64,000 nucleotides of DNA from a virus. The translations under genes were made by a program, and so were the position numbers. Numbering within the stretch: the first letter of the stretch is position 1; each line of letters opens with the position of its first letter. The DNA is taken from the IMG/VR virus record IMGVR_UViG_3300002460_000024, positions 10,835 through 74,834 of that record. The stretch is one strand, 5' to 3'. This document shows, one piece after another, positions 17,825 to 27,457 of this stretch. The notes under the pieces were generated by a model. That model was not told where the DNA came from, searched no databases, and worked only from the letters and a program-made list of their open reading frames with translations.

Positions 17825-18057
17825 ATAACTGCGTATAATTGTTCTTCCCTAATTATTTTATAGTCCCCTCGTTCAGCGTGAGCACCCTTTCCAAATATTA
17901 CCCTATCCCCTTCTTTTACCTCTAATCCCTCCCTACAACAACCGGGACCTATGCTATAAACTACTCCTATTTGGGGTTCTTTTTCTTGCAACGGCAACTT
18001 TGGGTCCTGAATTATAAGTATTCTGTCACTTATTGCCGTTATTTCAACGTTTTTCAT
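17821..18057 (-). CDS. Short GroES-like co-chaperonin
   Basis: DRILI, EKEPQIGVVYSIGPG, VKEGDRVIFGK, IIREEQLYAVI. Confidence 0.8.
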   Translation of the reverse strand: MKNVEITAISDRILIIQDPKLPLQEKEPQIGVVYSIGPGCCREGLEVKEGDRVIFGKGAHAERGDYKIIREEQLYAVI

Positions 18058-18136
18058 GCTTTTTTAAGGTAATTTTATAGTGACTTCCTTTAAGTTCATT
18101 GCGTAAATATACACGTTTTCTCGTAATAAATAAAGT

Positions 18137-18367
18137 TTATTTACTAAGTTCTTCTAAAAGACTATCGGCCATTTCAGCCGCATTTCGACCATGTGCTATT
18201 AATTCCATCCCTTTGGGATTTGAAATCATAGCTGCCATAGCTAAGCCAGCAAAATGTTCTCGCTTAGATAAACCTATATGCACATCTGTTTCTACAATTC
18301 GCCCATTCTTATCATATTTAAGCGGAACTATTAAGGGAAACGCTAAATTATATTTTTTTGGTTCCAT
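18137..18367 (-). CDS. Hypothetical phage protein (GLSKREHFAGLAM family)
   Basis: Common small phage motif AFP...GLSKRE.FA..AM...AD.LL. Confidence 0.75.
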   Translation of the reverse strand: MEPKKYNLAFPLIVPLKYDKNGRIVETDVHIGLSKREHFAGLAMAAMISNPKGMELIAHGRNAAEMADSLLEELSK

Positions 18368-18729
18368 TATTTAAAATCTGTTTGGTTTAATAGTTTCTTG
18401 ATTACCTCCTGTTCATGTTCTGAGAAGGTGCGACGTAATTTATCTGCCAACTTTACCCAATCCTCTGTTGAGTGAGTAACCCACCAGTTCATTAAATCCG
18501 TTTGACCATTTTTGGCCGCTCTGGTTATTACCTCGTTTGCTATTCCCAACTTTTCAAGTTCAGTTATTATAGCGCACAAATGCCCCTCCAACTTTACCTT
18601 GTCATTTTGAAGTAAAATAATAGATTCTTTGTCGTCGGGGTGATGGATGGCTTTTCCTTTTGATCCTTCCCTAAACCCTACATCATATCCACAATTATAA
18701 TCACTTTGTCCTGAATCACCACACGGCAT
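18367..18729 (-). CDS. Hypothetical protein
   Basis: 120-aa ORF. Confidence 0.7.
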   Translation of the reverse strand: MPCGDSGQSDYNCGYDVGFREGSKGKAIHHPDDKESIILLQNDKVKLEGHLCAIITELEKLGIANEVITRAAKNGQTDLMNWWVTHSTEDWVKLADKLRRTFSEHEQEVIKKLLNQTDFK

Positions 18730-18834
18730 AATATTTTGTTTTAGTTAATCTTTAAAACGAAAACCCCTACGTTTTATTGTAGGGGCTCCCAGAGAAATAA
18801 GTAAAAAAGCTATAGATGGGATCAAATATAACAT

Positions 18835-20514
18835 TTATTTCATTGCTTTTGTTTTTTCTATCACTTCATCTACCGTAATAGAATGAAGTGGCTTTTTAAA
18901 TATCCAGCTATTGTTTGTTCGATCGTAGACCTTCTCTGGATCTAACCACGCGCTTAAAACTAAAGTTGGGGTATCGAATAATCCCGCCATGTGAGCGCCC
19001 CCTGATTCATTACAGATCACCAATCCCGCTCCTTTAATCAACCGTAACACATCAAATAATGATATAGGCAAATGCTCTCCGGGTATGTTCTTACAACGGG
19101 CTACAAATTGGTCACAGATTATTACTCTTTGGCCTGACGCTATTAATCTTGTCGCCAACTCAATCCAATACTTCAAAGGCCAAGCCCTTATACTATCTAT
19201 TGGCCCCACAAATGGGAATAATACCGTCACCCCCTCATATCCTTCTAATGAGGTAATATGTTTAACCGGAATATTATATGGTATTGTTTTTAATTTCTTG
19301 CAATACCAATCTTTTAAAGAACCTTTTATTTTCTCTGCATATTCTTTTCTCTGATCTTCCGGCAAACTGTCCTCATTTGAAGTTAGGTCTATATCTATTG
19401 GGTCGCCGTGGTAGCTACATATTTTAACTCCCGGAAGTTTTAAGACGCTTGCTAGTTGTAGATTTACGGTGACGTAAAGCTTGATCCCACGCCCCGGATT
19501 TTCCATCATCCATCCCATGAGGGCGTAGGCCATACATATAAAATCACCTACGCCCCTATCTTTCATGAGAATTCTAATCGGTGCCGTATATTTGAATTCG
19601 TGTTTATTTAGTTCTGCAGTTACTTCTTTTCGGTCGAGTTCTATTAAAACCGAGTGAGAGTCGGCTTCACCAGCGTATACTTCCAACATTAATGGCGTCG
19701 CCACTAAGCCAGACACATACAATACATCCGGTCTATTCCCTTCTAACCCTCCTCCTTGTAATACTGGTGGAGTGAAATAATCAATCTTAAAAGTTTTCAT
19801 GTTTAAAATAAACATCCCCTGAACGTAAATCCATCCCTGTACCTCATCTTCAAATCGAACGTGCCACATCCCAATATAATGTTCATTCTCGAAGTGGGTA
19901 ATGGCTGATAAGGAGAGGAAGGAGCTTCCTGGGAGCATCTTTTTTACATGATCTGCTAATCCGGTTTCGTGGAAGGTGTGTTCTCGCCAAGACCATCCTT
20001 CGAGTTTAAATATCCTGAGTGGATCTAAACTGTATAAAATATAAAGCTCGTCATTATGGACTATTGGGAGCCAGTTTTTCTCTCCAATTTTTCTGTTTAC
20101 GTATGGAAGCTCACAATAATCTACAAATTCGATTGTGCTGCGGGTTACTTTGGAAATAACAGGTTTTATGAAAGTCGAGTCCTCCCAGCCCCGTTTTGTT
20201 ATACACATCGTATGGATTGCGTATAGCTCTCCTTTGTATCTAAAAAGGCGAAAATCCTCTATTTTTGAGTGAGGTGGATAGCCTTTTTTTTCGAGGTGAT
20301 AAATATTATCTATCTCTCCGGCCCTCATTTTATCAATCTTTTCTACGATTAAAGAAACCGTAGAATCGTTGGTATAATAATGTGAAATCGGCTCTACCCG
20401 AACGATAAATTCCCTTACCCATGTATCGTGAGAAACACAGGACGGATTAAATACACCACCATCACTGTTTGGTAGGGAGCCTTGAGAAAGGAGTCTATGC
20501 TTTTTTAGTATCAT
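18835..20514 (-). CDS. Fusion of a beta-propeller glycosidase-like (GH130-like) domain and a GT9 heptosyltransferase-like domain
   Basis: N-terminal FNPS, IEDFRLF, EKNWLP, GEAD; C-terminal GVGDFI, RAWP...W..LA, ICNESGGAHMAG..TPTLVL. Confidence 0.75.
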   Translation of the reverse strand: MILKKHRLLSQGSLPNSDGGVFNPSCVSHDTWVREFIVRVEPISHYYTNDSTVSLIVEKIDKMRAGEIDNIYHLEKKGYPPHSKIEDFRLFRYKGELYAIHTMCITKRGWEDSTFIKPVISKVTRSTIEFVDYCELPYVNRKIGEKNWLPIVHNDELYILYSLDPLRIFKLEGWSWREHTFHETGLADHVKKMLPGSSFLSLSAITHFENEHYIGMWHVRFEDEVQGWIYVQGMFILNMKTFKIDYFTPPVLQGGGLEGNRPDVLYVSGLVATPLMLEVYAGEADSHSVLIELDRKEVTAELNKHEFKYTAPIRILMKDRGVGDFICMAYALMGWMMENPGRGIKLYVTVNLQLASVLKLPGVKICSYHGDPIDIDLTSNEDSLPEDQRKEYAEKIKGSLKDWYCKKLKTIPYNIPVKHITSLEGYEGVTVLFPFVGPIDSIRAWPLKYWIELATRLIASGQRVIICDQFVARCKNIPGEHLPISLFDVLRLIKGAGLVICNESGGAHMAGLFDTPTLVLSAWLDPEKVYDRTNNSWIFKKPLHSITVDEVIEKTKAMK

Positions 20515-20705
20515 AAAGCTCCATCTCCATTTACTTTTTTTATCTCACCACCACAAACCGGACAATTAACCGACCCATATATTAAACCATAACGAGCCGT
20601 CCAGTCCTCTGGATTAACTAGAATTTCAGAACTGCACGTAAAACATTTTTTCTTAACTGGTCTTTCAACCTTCGGTGTCCAATTGGATCTTTTAATTATT
20701 TCCAT
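20511..20705 (-). CDS. Small zinc-finger protein
   Basis: CFTC...CPVC. Confidence 0.65.
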   Translation of the reverse strand: MEIIKRSNWTPKVERPVKKKCFTCSSEILVNPEDWTARYGLIYGSVNCPVCGGEIKKVNGDGAL

Positions 20706-20977
20706 ACAAAATCTTTTACTGGTACAAAGCCTCCGTTGGCCTCTATTTCCGAATCATAATACCCATGAGCCACTAACGTCATTGGGTCTAAGTGATATTT
20801 CCCCTTTTCTGCCAACGGTAATCCTTTTGGAATAAAGAACTCAATCAAATAATATTCCCCGTTCTCACAAATAATATCTCGCCAATCATCCGTTTCCTTT
20901 TCACAGGTTCCATATCTTACTATACCTATTCCTGGTATGCTGATTGAAAAACGTTTCTTTCCGTGAGTGGTGAGCAT
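20696..20977 (-). CDS. Hypothetical protein
   Basis: 93-aa ORF. Confidence 0.6.
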   Translation of the reverse strand: MLTTHGKKRFSISIPGIGIVRYGTCEKETDDWRDIICENGEYYLIEFFIPKGLPLAEKGKYHLDPMTLVAHGYYDSEIEANGGFVPVKDFVWK

Positions 20978-20978
20978 A

Positions 20979-21161
20979 TTATGCGACGGAATTAATGTGA
21001 TTTTCTAAAACTCTAATAGCCTCTGTAAGTTCTATTATATATGGATCGGTTATTGGCTTATTAAAATTAATAAGTGGTATAAATCCATTTATTTCTGGGC
21101 CTGCATTCTCTTGCATTCTGTCCAAAATAGCTTTTTGTAAAATAGTAATTGCGTCTCTCAT
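20979..21161 (-). CDS. Hypothetical protein
   Basis: 60-aa ORF, tightly packed. Confidence 0.55.
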   Translation of the reverse strand: MRDAITILQKAILDRMQENAGPEINGFIPLINFNKPITDPYIIELTEAIRVLENHINSVA

Positions 21162-21163
21162 AA

Positions 21164-21778
21164 TTAATCTTTAAAAACATCTGAATTTTTATTTCCTTCT
21201 GCCAGCCATCTATTTTCTGCTGCCTGTGCTAGATGCAAATTTAACTCATGGCACTCAACGGCCTTTGCTGCCGGCACAAACCCAAACTCTATAGGCTTCC
21301 TAACATAAGCGGCGTCCCCCACAATCGTTTCAACTAAATCGTGCTGTTTTACAAATTTAGCCCATGCATTATGCCCTCCCCAAGTACGGTCATCCGACCA
21401 CAAGTACCCTCCAGGCTTAAGGCATTGCCATCCAAATTCATATTCATAGGTTTGACACTTTATATCATGATCCGAATCGTGCAAAAACAAATCAAATGGG
21501 CCTATCTTTTGGTAAAGATCAATCAGGGCAACTTCACTTTTTTGCTCAATTAATTTATGATTCCGATGTTCAAATCGATGAGGAAACCAAGCGTTTTTAT
21601 CAATGGAAAATAACCTGTAGTCTAAATTATATTTATCCATTGCGTCCAATATAAAAACTGAGCTTACACCAAATCCACTTTCAACCACAGTTAAAAGTTT
21701 GTGTTCGATTATAAAGTCGGCTAATGCTTTTTGGAATCTTGATCCATCACATTCTGGCAATAATTCTTTTACTGTCAT
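21164..21778 (-). CDS. Class I SAM methyltransferase (Methyltransf_24-like)
   Basis: VVESGFGVSS, FDLFLHDSDH, LKPGGYLWSDD. Confidence 0.85.
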   Translation of the reverse strand: MTVKELLPECDGSRFQKALADFIIEHKLLTVVESGFGVSSVFILDAMDKYNLDYRLFSIDKNAWFPHRFEHRNHKLIEQKSEVALIDLYQKIGPFDLFLHDSDHDIKCQTYEYEFGWQCLKPGGYLWSDDRTWGGHNAWAKFVKQHDLVETIVGDAAYVRKPIEFGFVPAAKAVECHELNLHLAQAAENRWLAEGNKNSDVFKD

Positions 21779-23913
21779 ATCGGAAGGTCATTGTTATACT
21801 GTGTTGCTAATCTAGGAAAAATTCCGTAGGTCTTGAGATGGGGAAAAGTGTGAAATACCAAACTCAAATCACTACTTGCATAACAATCTCTCTGTGTCTG
21901 AATTATAAATGGTAATGCTTTCCTGGCAACCAAATATGCGTGGCCGCAAAATGGATAGCCAGTACGAGGTGTAAACTCATAAACATTTCCTTTAACGTGT
22001 CTAGTTGTTTTACCTTCATTACAACAGCTTCCTACCCACAACCAATCAAAATCAGCCGGAACATTCTCAAGTTCTTTTGCTAAATGATGTAGTGCGTCTG
22101 GAATAAACTCAGCATCACACTCTAAAAATAAAAAGTGATCAAACGGTAAAACATTAGCAATTGAATATAGAAGATAAACGGAAAGAAATTGAGCCGTATA
22201 ACCTGGACCAATATTATACCCTGTGCCAGGATTATCCTTGTCGTAAGTGTGATTTCCTAAGATGCCGAAACTTTGACCATGTATTCCAGCAACCTCAATA
22301 ATATTTTTTATCCCTACCTCTTCAAAATGAGCCATACCTCTTTTCCATCTGTCTATCCAATATTTATTTCCAGAAGGATCGTCAGGAATATATAAAAGCA
22401 TCGGCTGCACTTTTAATGGGCCAATTTGCATACCTCCACGCAAAGCAATATCAAAGGGGGTGATGGGTATTTCGGCACAAGGTGGTTTTAATGACGGATC
22501 ATAAATTGGAAATGATTTTCCCTCTTCTTTAATTAAGGTATCTTCAATGGGGGCGGTATCATTCATAGGTTTGGGATTTATAACTGTTACTGTTAATTTT
22601 TCTTCTACTTTGTTTTTTGATTCGGCTAATATTTTAGACACATCAACCTTCTCTCCATCTTCGGATAACTTGCGATATATTTTCCAATCCCTACCATCAC
22701 CCTCTTCTATAAATAAAATTTCTTCAAACCCGTAATTTAAAATAAGCTCTTGCGCTTTTTGGGTAGTAGGCCAGTTGGCATCGTCAAAGTGTATGTAGCC
22801 ACCGGGCCTTACAAGGGGGGCGTAAGTAGCAACGTCCTGACAACTAATTTCCTCACTATGGTTTCCATCTATACTGCAAATGTCTATTTGAGTAAACAGC
22901 GCAAATGCCTCAGAAGATTTAAAACGAATTATATTAGAATAGTCGGTTAAGTCCTCACTAATCATTAATTCGACTACGTCCTTGTGTAACTTTTTAAAAT
23001 CAACCTTATCTGGATCAGTCCACCAATCGTCATTCTCTTTATCGTTTGTTCCTTCGGTACACGGTGCCCCTTCCCACGGATCTATACCAAAACATTTTCC
23101 TTCTCCGTTTGATTTGTGAGCCATAGCCATTGCGTACAAAAACCTTCCCCCAAACACACCAATATCTACACTCACTTTGGCTTTTGATTCGATTACGAGG
23201 TTATATAGGGCCTTACATTGCTTTGCTGTTCCCCATCCTGGTAGGCTCATTACTTTTTCTTCTAGTGGATCTGTGGCGACGGCATCTTTAGATACCAAAG
23301 TTGATTTTGTATCTGTCTTTTGGTAAACAGTCCACTCACATTTATCAGAATCCACCTCTTTTAAAAACTCTACAAAGCCATGTTCTAAAATTTTCCTTTT
23401 AGCTTTTGGCTTCGTTCCCCAATCGGAATTGTTAAATACCAAATACCCTTCGGCTTTAACTAAAGGAGCGTAATTGTTTACATCTTCCATTGTTACTTCT
23501 GGTGATGGATTGCCATCGATATACAATACGTCAATATCTTTAAACTGACCAAACGCATCCTGTGATCTTTTCTTTACCAGTTCCACGCAATCCATAAGAC
23601 CCGCTTCCGTCAATCCTAAAATCATCTGATCATAAACCGTATCAAAATCCATTGAGGTCCAGTATTCGTCGTGGTCTTTATTTACGTTTCCCTCTAGTGA
23701 GGCTTGGTAATCATAAGGATCAATGCCATAATATTTTCCACCTGTCTCTTTACAGGCGCTTGCGAGTGCTATAGCTGCTCTACCACCAAATGTTCCAATC
23801 TCCACCACAACCTTAGCGTCGCACCTCTTAACCAACTCATGTAATGTGTTAGCTTTTTTTATGGAGCACCAGCCGGGGAGCGACGAAATTAATGTTTCAA
23901 GTTTTTCTGTCAT
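21775..23913 (-). CDS. Tandem methyltransferase x2 plus GT25-like glycosyltransferase fusion
   Basis: Two LPGW...VEIG.FGGR...IDGN...GYL/GGYI repeats; C-terminal FLFLECDAEF, DFDWLWVG, CGHAYLV. Confidence 0.8.
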   Translation of the reverse strand: MTEKLETLISSLPGWCSIKKANTLHELVKRCDAKVVVEIGTFGGRAAIALASACKETGGKYYGIDPYDYQASLEGNVNKDHDEYWTSMDFDTVYDQMILGLTEAGLMDCVELVKKRSQDAFGQFKDIDVLYIDGNPSPEVTMEDVNNYAPLVKAEGYLVFNNSDWGTKPKAKRKILEHGFVEFLKEVDSDKCEWTVYQKTDTKSTLVSKDAVATDPLEEKVMSLPGWGTAKQCKALYNLVIESKAKVSVDIGVFGGRFLYAMAMAHKSNGEGKCFGIDPWEGAPCTEGTNDKENDDWWTDPDKVDFKKLHKDVVELMISEDLTDYSNIIRFKSSEAFALFTQIDICSIDGNHSEEISCQDVATYAPLVRPGGYIHFDDANWPTTQKAQELILNYGFEEILFIEEGDGRDWKIYRKLSEDGEKVDVSKILAESKNKVEEKLTVTVINPKPMNDTAPIEDTLIKEEGKSFPIYDPSLKPPCAEIPITPFDIALRGGMQIGPLKVQPMLLYIPDDPSGNKYWIDRWKRGMAHFEEVGIKNIIEVAGIHGQSFGILGNHTYDKDNPGTGYNIGPGYTAQFLSVYLLYSIANVLPFDHFLFLECDAEFIPDALHHLAKELENVPADFDWLWVGSCCNEGKTTRHVKGNVYEFTPRTGYPFCGHAYLVARKALPFIIQTQRDCYASSDLSLVFHTFPHLKTYGIFPRLATQYNNDLPI

Positions 23914-23922
23914 GTGACGTAA

Positions 23923-24138
23923 TTAATCTTTTATTTCTTTTATTTGTATTGCGGCATCATGTGGAACAACGGCCACAATGGTAGCGCCCCTTTTAATAAC
24001 AACATTTCCTGAAATTAATATAGGATTTCCCCGTGGGGTTTTACTCTCCAAAACATCTCCCTCTACTGTAAATGTAGGTATTGATGGCATAACATTAGGA
24101 TTGCCATATCCAGCTAAAAATATATGGTATTTTTTCAT
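23923..24138 (-). CDS. Hypothetical protein
   Basis: 71-aa ORF. Confidence 0.6.
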   Translation of the reverse strand: MKKYHIFLAGYGNPNVMPSIPTFTVEGDVLESKTPRGNPILISGNVVIKRGATIVAVVPHDAAIQIKEIKD

Positions 24139-24509
24139 ATCACTGCGAATATATCTGTTTGACTCATTAATAAAAGATCTTTACCTTCTAAAGTAACCTC
24201 TACTCCAGCGTGTTTAGCGTATAAAACTACATCTCCTACTTCTAGGGGGGCGACGCCACCTTTCCCAGGACCCACAGCAACTACAAGCCCTTTCATTGGT
24301 TTTTCTCTTGCACTTTCTGGTAAGACTAACCCATTTCCGAGAGCTATTTCTCCTTCAATTGGTTCAATAACTATCTTGTCGAATAAAGGTCGGGTTACGC
24401 CGGATGATTGACGTCGCCAATTCTCAGCAAACTCGTCTAACCCTAATGCGCCAACCTCAAACGTCGTTCCTGGTGCGCAGAGTACACTTAAATATTCTTC
24501 AAACTTCAT
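24135..24509 (-). CDS. groES: Co-chaperonin GroES (with N-terminal extension)
   Basis: RPLFDKIVI, GLVLPESAREKP..GLVVAVGPG, VGDVVLYAKHAG. Confidence 0.9.
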   Translation of the reverse strand: MKFEEYLSVLCAPGTTFEVGALGLDEFAENWRRQSSGVTRPLFDKIVIEPIEGEIALGNGLVLPESAREKPMKGLVVAVGPGKGGVAPLEVGDVVLYAKHAGVEVTLEGKDLLLMSQTDIFAVI

Positions 24510-24510
24510 T

Positions 24511-26100
24511 CTAATATTCTTTAGGTTTAGGATCACTTACAACACACTCCGTAGTTAAGAAAATAGCTGCAATAGATGAAGCATTCTCAAGGGCGCACCG
24601 ACATACTTTTGTTGGGTCGATTACTCCGGCATCAAAAAGATTTTCGATCTTATCAGACTTTACATTAAAACCAATACCGTAATCGCCTTCAATAATTTCT
24701 TTTGCTATGGAATCAATTTGCTCTTTAGACTTTCCAGCATTGCGAAGTATCTGGTCAAACGGTTCTATAATTGAACTTCGAACAATCAGGGCTCCGGTTA
24801 ATTCGTCTCCAGTAATACCTAGTGTTGTGAAAAAATCTAAACTTTTCATAAATGCCGTACCACCTCCAGACAAATATCCTTCCTCATTCGCCGCCCTGGT
24901 AGCACACAAAGCGTCATCAATACGATCTTTTTTCTCTGTAGCTTCTGTTTGGGTGATGGCTCCTACTTTTAGCGACGCGATCTTTCCTATCATCTTTGCT
25001 AGTCTACTTTTTAACTTAGCTGCCTGGACCTCGTTAGCCCCCTCAATTTCGGTACGGATCTCGTCGCACCTCTCGGTAACAGATAGCCCATCACCGGCCC
25101 CATTCACAAATAATGTTGAATGAGCATCCACAATAACTTTCTCCGCACTACCACAATCTTTTAAAGTTGCCTTTTCAATTGTTCGTCCTGCGGCATCAGA
25201 GATAAAAGTAGCTCCAGTTAAAACACAAATATCTTCAAGTGCCCGTTGGCGATCATCCCCGTATTCGGGAGCTAGCACCACGCATAAATTAATTTTGGCT
25301 TCCTTCATATTACCGTAAATTAACTGCAAAGCCTCGCCCTCAATCCGATCTACAATCAATAAAATAGGCTTTGGTTGGTTTACCGCTTTTTCTAAAAACG
25401 GCAATAACTCTTTATATGTAGATAGTTTTTTATCGGTGACGAGAATAATCGGGTGTTCAAATTCACAGGTACGTCTTTTTGTGTTGATATAAATAGGATG
25501 CATTAATCCACGATCAATCTTCATTCCATTCACTATCTCTACGTAGGTTTCATGGGTTTTTGAATCGGTGACGTTAATTTCCCCTTCTTTACCTACCTGA
25601 GTGAAGGCGTCGGCAATAAGTTTTCCTATTTCGGGATCGTTATTGGCCGATATGGTAGCAATTTGTATTAATGTTTCCTGGCTGTCTACATCTTTTGATA
25701 ATTCTTTTAGCCTTTTTACGACGGCATCTGTAGCCTTCTCAATTCCTTTTTTAAGGTCCACTGGATTGGCGCCTTCGTCGATAGCCTTTAGTCCAGCGGT
25801 GATGATGGCTTGAGCAAGAACAGTGCTACAAGTGGTCCCATCTCCGGCATCGGCTAATGTTTTAAAGGCCACCTCCTTAATTAGGGTGGCTCCCATATTT
25901 TGAATTGGCTCTACTAAAGTGATTCCTTTTGCTACAGTAGCTCCATCTTTTGAGATGTGAACAGGTCCGTAACCGTTGCCTATTAAGACATTCCGACCAC
26001 CAAATCCCATTGTAACTTTAATTGCGTCGGCCACAATATCCACTCCTATTTTTACTTTGTCTCTACCTTCCTTGTTTTGAGTAACGTTTTTAAATGACAT
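24511..26100 (-). CDS. groEL: Chaperonin GroEL
   Basis: VTMGFGGRNV, KDGATVA, AGDGTTC, ISANND, GGGTA, VIDPTKV. Confidence 0.97.
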   Translation of the reverse strand: MSFKNVTQNKEGRDKVKIGVDIVADAIKVTMGFGGRNVLIGNGYGPVHISKDGATVAKGITLVEPIQNMGATLIKEVAFKTLADAGDGTTCSTVLAQAIITAGLKAIDEGANPVDLKKGIEKATDAVVKRLKELSKDVDSQETLIQIATISANNDPEIGKLIADAFTQVGKEGEINVTDSKTHETYVEIVNGMKIDRGLMHPIYINTKRRTCEFEHPIILVTDKKLSTYKELLPFLEKAVNQPKPILLIVDRIEGEALQLIYGNMKEAKINLCVVLAPEYGDDRQRALEDICVLTGATFISDAAGRTIEKATLKDCGSAEKVIVDAHSTLFVNGAGDGLSVTERCDEIRTEIEGANEVQAAKLKSRLAKMIGKIASLKVGAITQTEATEKKDRIDDALCATRAANEEGYLSGGGTAFMKSLDFFTTLGITGDELTGALIVRSSIIEPFDQILRNAGKSKEQIDSIAKEIIEGDYGIGFNVKSDKIENLFDAGVIDPTKVCRCALENASSIAAIFLTTECVVSDPKPKEY

Positions 26101-26172
26101 GCTTTTTATTTTATTTAAGTTAAAACGACATTTTTACCGATTATTGTGTAAAAGTATAAGTTTTTCTCAAAT

Positions 26173-26203
26173 AAAAAACCCGACCTCTAACAAGATCGGG
26201 TTT
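26173..26203 (-). terminator. Rho-independent terminator
   Basis: acccga...tcgggt stem with a U-tract on the minus strand. Confidence 0.7.
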
Positions 26204-26228
26204 CAAAATAAACATTAACAGAAAAAAA

Positions 26229-27242
26229 CTAGGTTGCTACAAAGGTGTACACCGCAGACCAGTCTGTAGTTCCAGATGCATTACGCACCCTTGCGTACCA
26301 CGTACCAGCCGTAATCTCTGGCAACGAAAGTATTGTACTAACGGTTTCAATGTCAAATACAATCTTATCTGTTGCGAAATCAGAATTAGATGCCACCTGA
26401 ATATTATAGCCTGTTGTGCAGGTCGCTCCGACCCCAAGCTCTTTATCGGTGTCATCCCAAACCGAATCAAAGTAAGCGTACTCAGTACAATCTCCTTGTG
26501 TTCCGCTACCAGAAGCACTTCCACCAGTACAAGTAAATAACTGACTAACGATAGGAATAATAGTTCCATCAGACTTAGTAGCGATTACTCGAATAGCGTC
26601 GTTCAACACCACATCCGCAGTTTGGAACTGGAAGGTGATAGCAGCAGTACCCGCAGCAACGCTAATAACGTTGGTGTTGATAGAATGCCATGCATCTCCA
26701 GTTTGAACTTGAAGGTTTAGAGTAACAGCCTGGTTCACGTTGTAAGTGAATGCCTGGGTGTTGTTACTACATGCTCCGAATGTTCCTGTGAAGTCAATGT
26801 TGTCAGAAATGTTGTTTAGAAATACCATTTGAGCCTCTAGATCAGTAGAGTTAATCTGGTACTTGAATTTAACTAAAGCGTTTAGTCCGTTGATAACGAA
26901 TAAAAGTACGTTACCTCCGTCCTCAATGCCGTACAGAATGTCACCTGTCCGAACAGATACTTGAGCCGTGTTAGCGACGTCATTAATCTTGTCTGGAGTA
27001 AAGTTATAAACTGCGTTAGGATCAGTGGAACCAGCAATAGAGGCTTGAATAGTCTCAACATTGCCGCTTACCTGAATACCTTGTTTAGGGGTAGCGAGGT
27101 TAGTTCCATTGTACAATAATTGCGTGACGTTGTCAGAGACTCTGGAAGCCCCCGAAAGGCGACTTACATTGTACATCTGCTTACGTGGTGGATCAAAGCT
27201 TTGTGTGCTTTTTCTCAACACCGAAAATATATTGACAATCAT
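26229..27242 (-). CDS. Putative virion structural protein with an FN3/Ig-like C-terminal domain
   Basis: YNIQVA...GTWYARVR...WS FN3-type ending; own promoter and terminator. Confidence 0.65.
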   Translation of the reverse strand: MIVNIFSVLRKSTQSFDPPRKQMYNVSRLSGASRVSDNVTQLLYNGTNLATPKQGIQVSGNVETIQASIAGSTDPNAVYNFTPDKINDVANTAQVSVRTGDILYGIEDGGNVLLFVINGLNALVKFKYQINSTDLEAQMVFLNNISDNIDFTGTFGACSNNTQAFTYNVNQAVTLNLQVQTGDAWHSINTNVISVAAGTAAITFQFQTADVVLNDAIRVIATKSDGTIIPIVSQLFTCTGGSASGSGTQGDCTEYAYFDSVWDDTDKELGVGATCTTGYNIQVASNSDFATDKIVFDIETVSTILSLPEITAGTWYARVRNASGTTDWSAVYTFVAT

Positions 27243-27319
27243 ATAATGATATAAGCCTCAAATATAGAAATTTACATCACTTATACAATAAAATGTTGTT
27301 AGTATCGTTGGCGACGAGA

Positions 27320-27457
27320 TTAATCCCGTAACCCAAACCAATATAACCTCTTTTCTGTCTCTCTTATTTCTTTAACAGAGTTCCTTCTTATTCGCTGGAG
27401 TTTTAACCAATCAAAATACTCTTTGAAGCTGCCGAAGGATTGGGTTTGCTTCGTCAT
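27320..27457 (-). CDS. Small hypothetical protein (45 aa)
   Basis: ATGA overlap with the giant gene; hand translation MTKQTQSFGSFKEYFDWLK... Confidence 0.45.
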   Translation of the reverse strand: MTKQTQSFGSFKEYFDWLKLQRIRRNSVKEIRETEKRLYWFGLRD

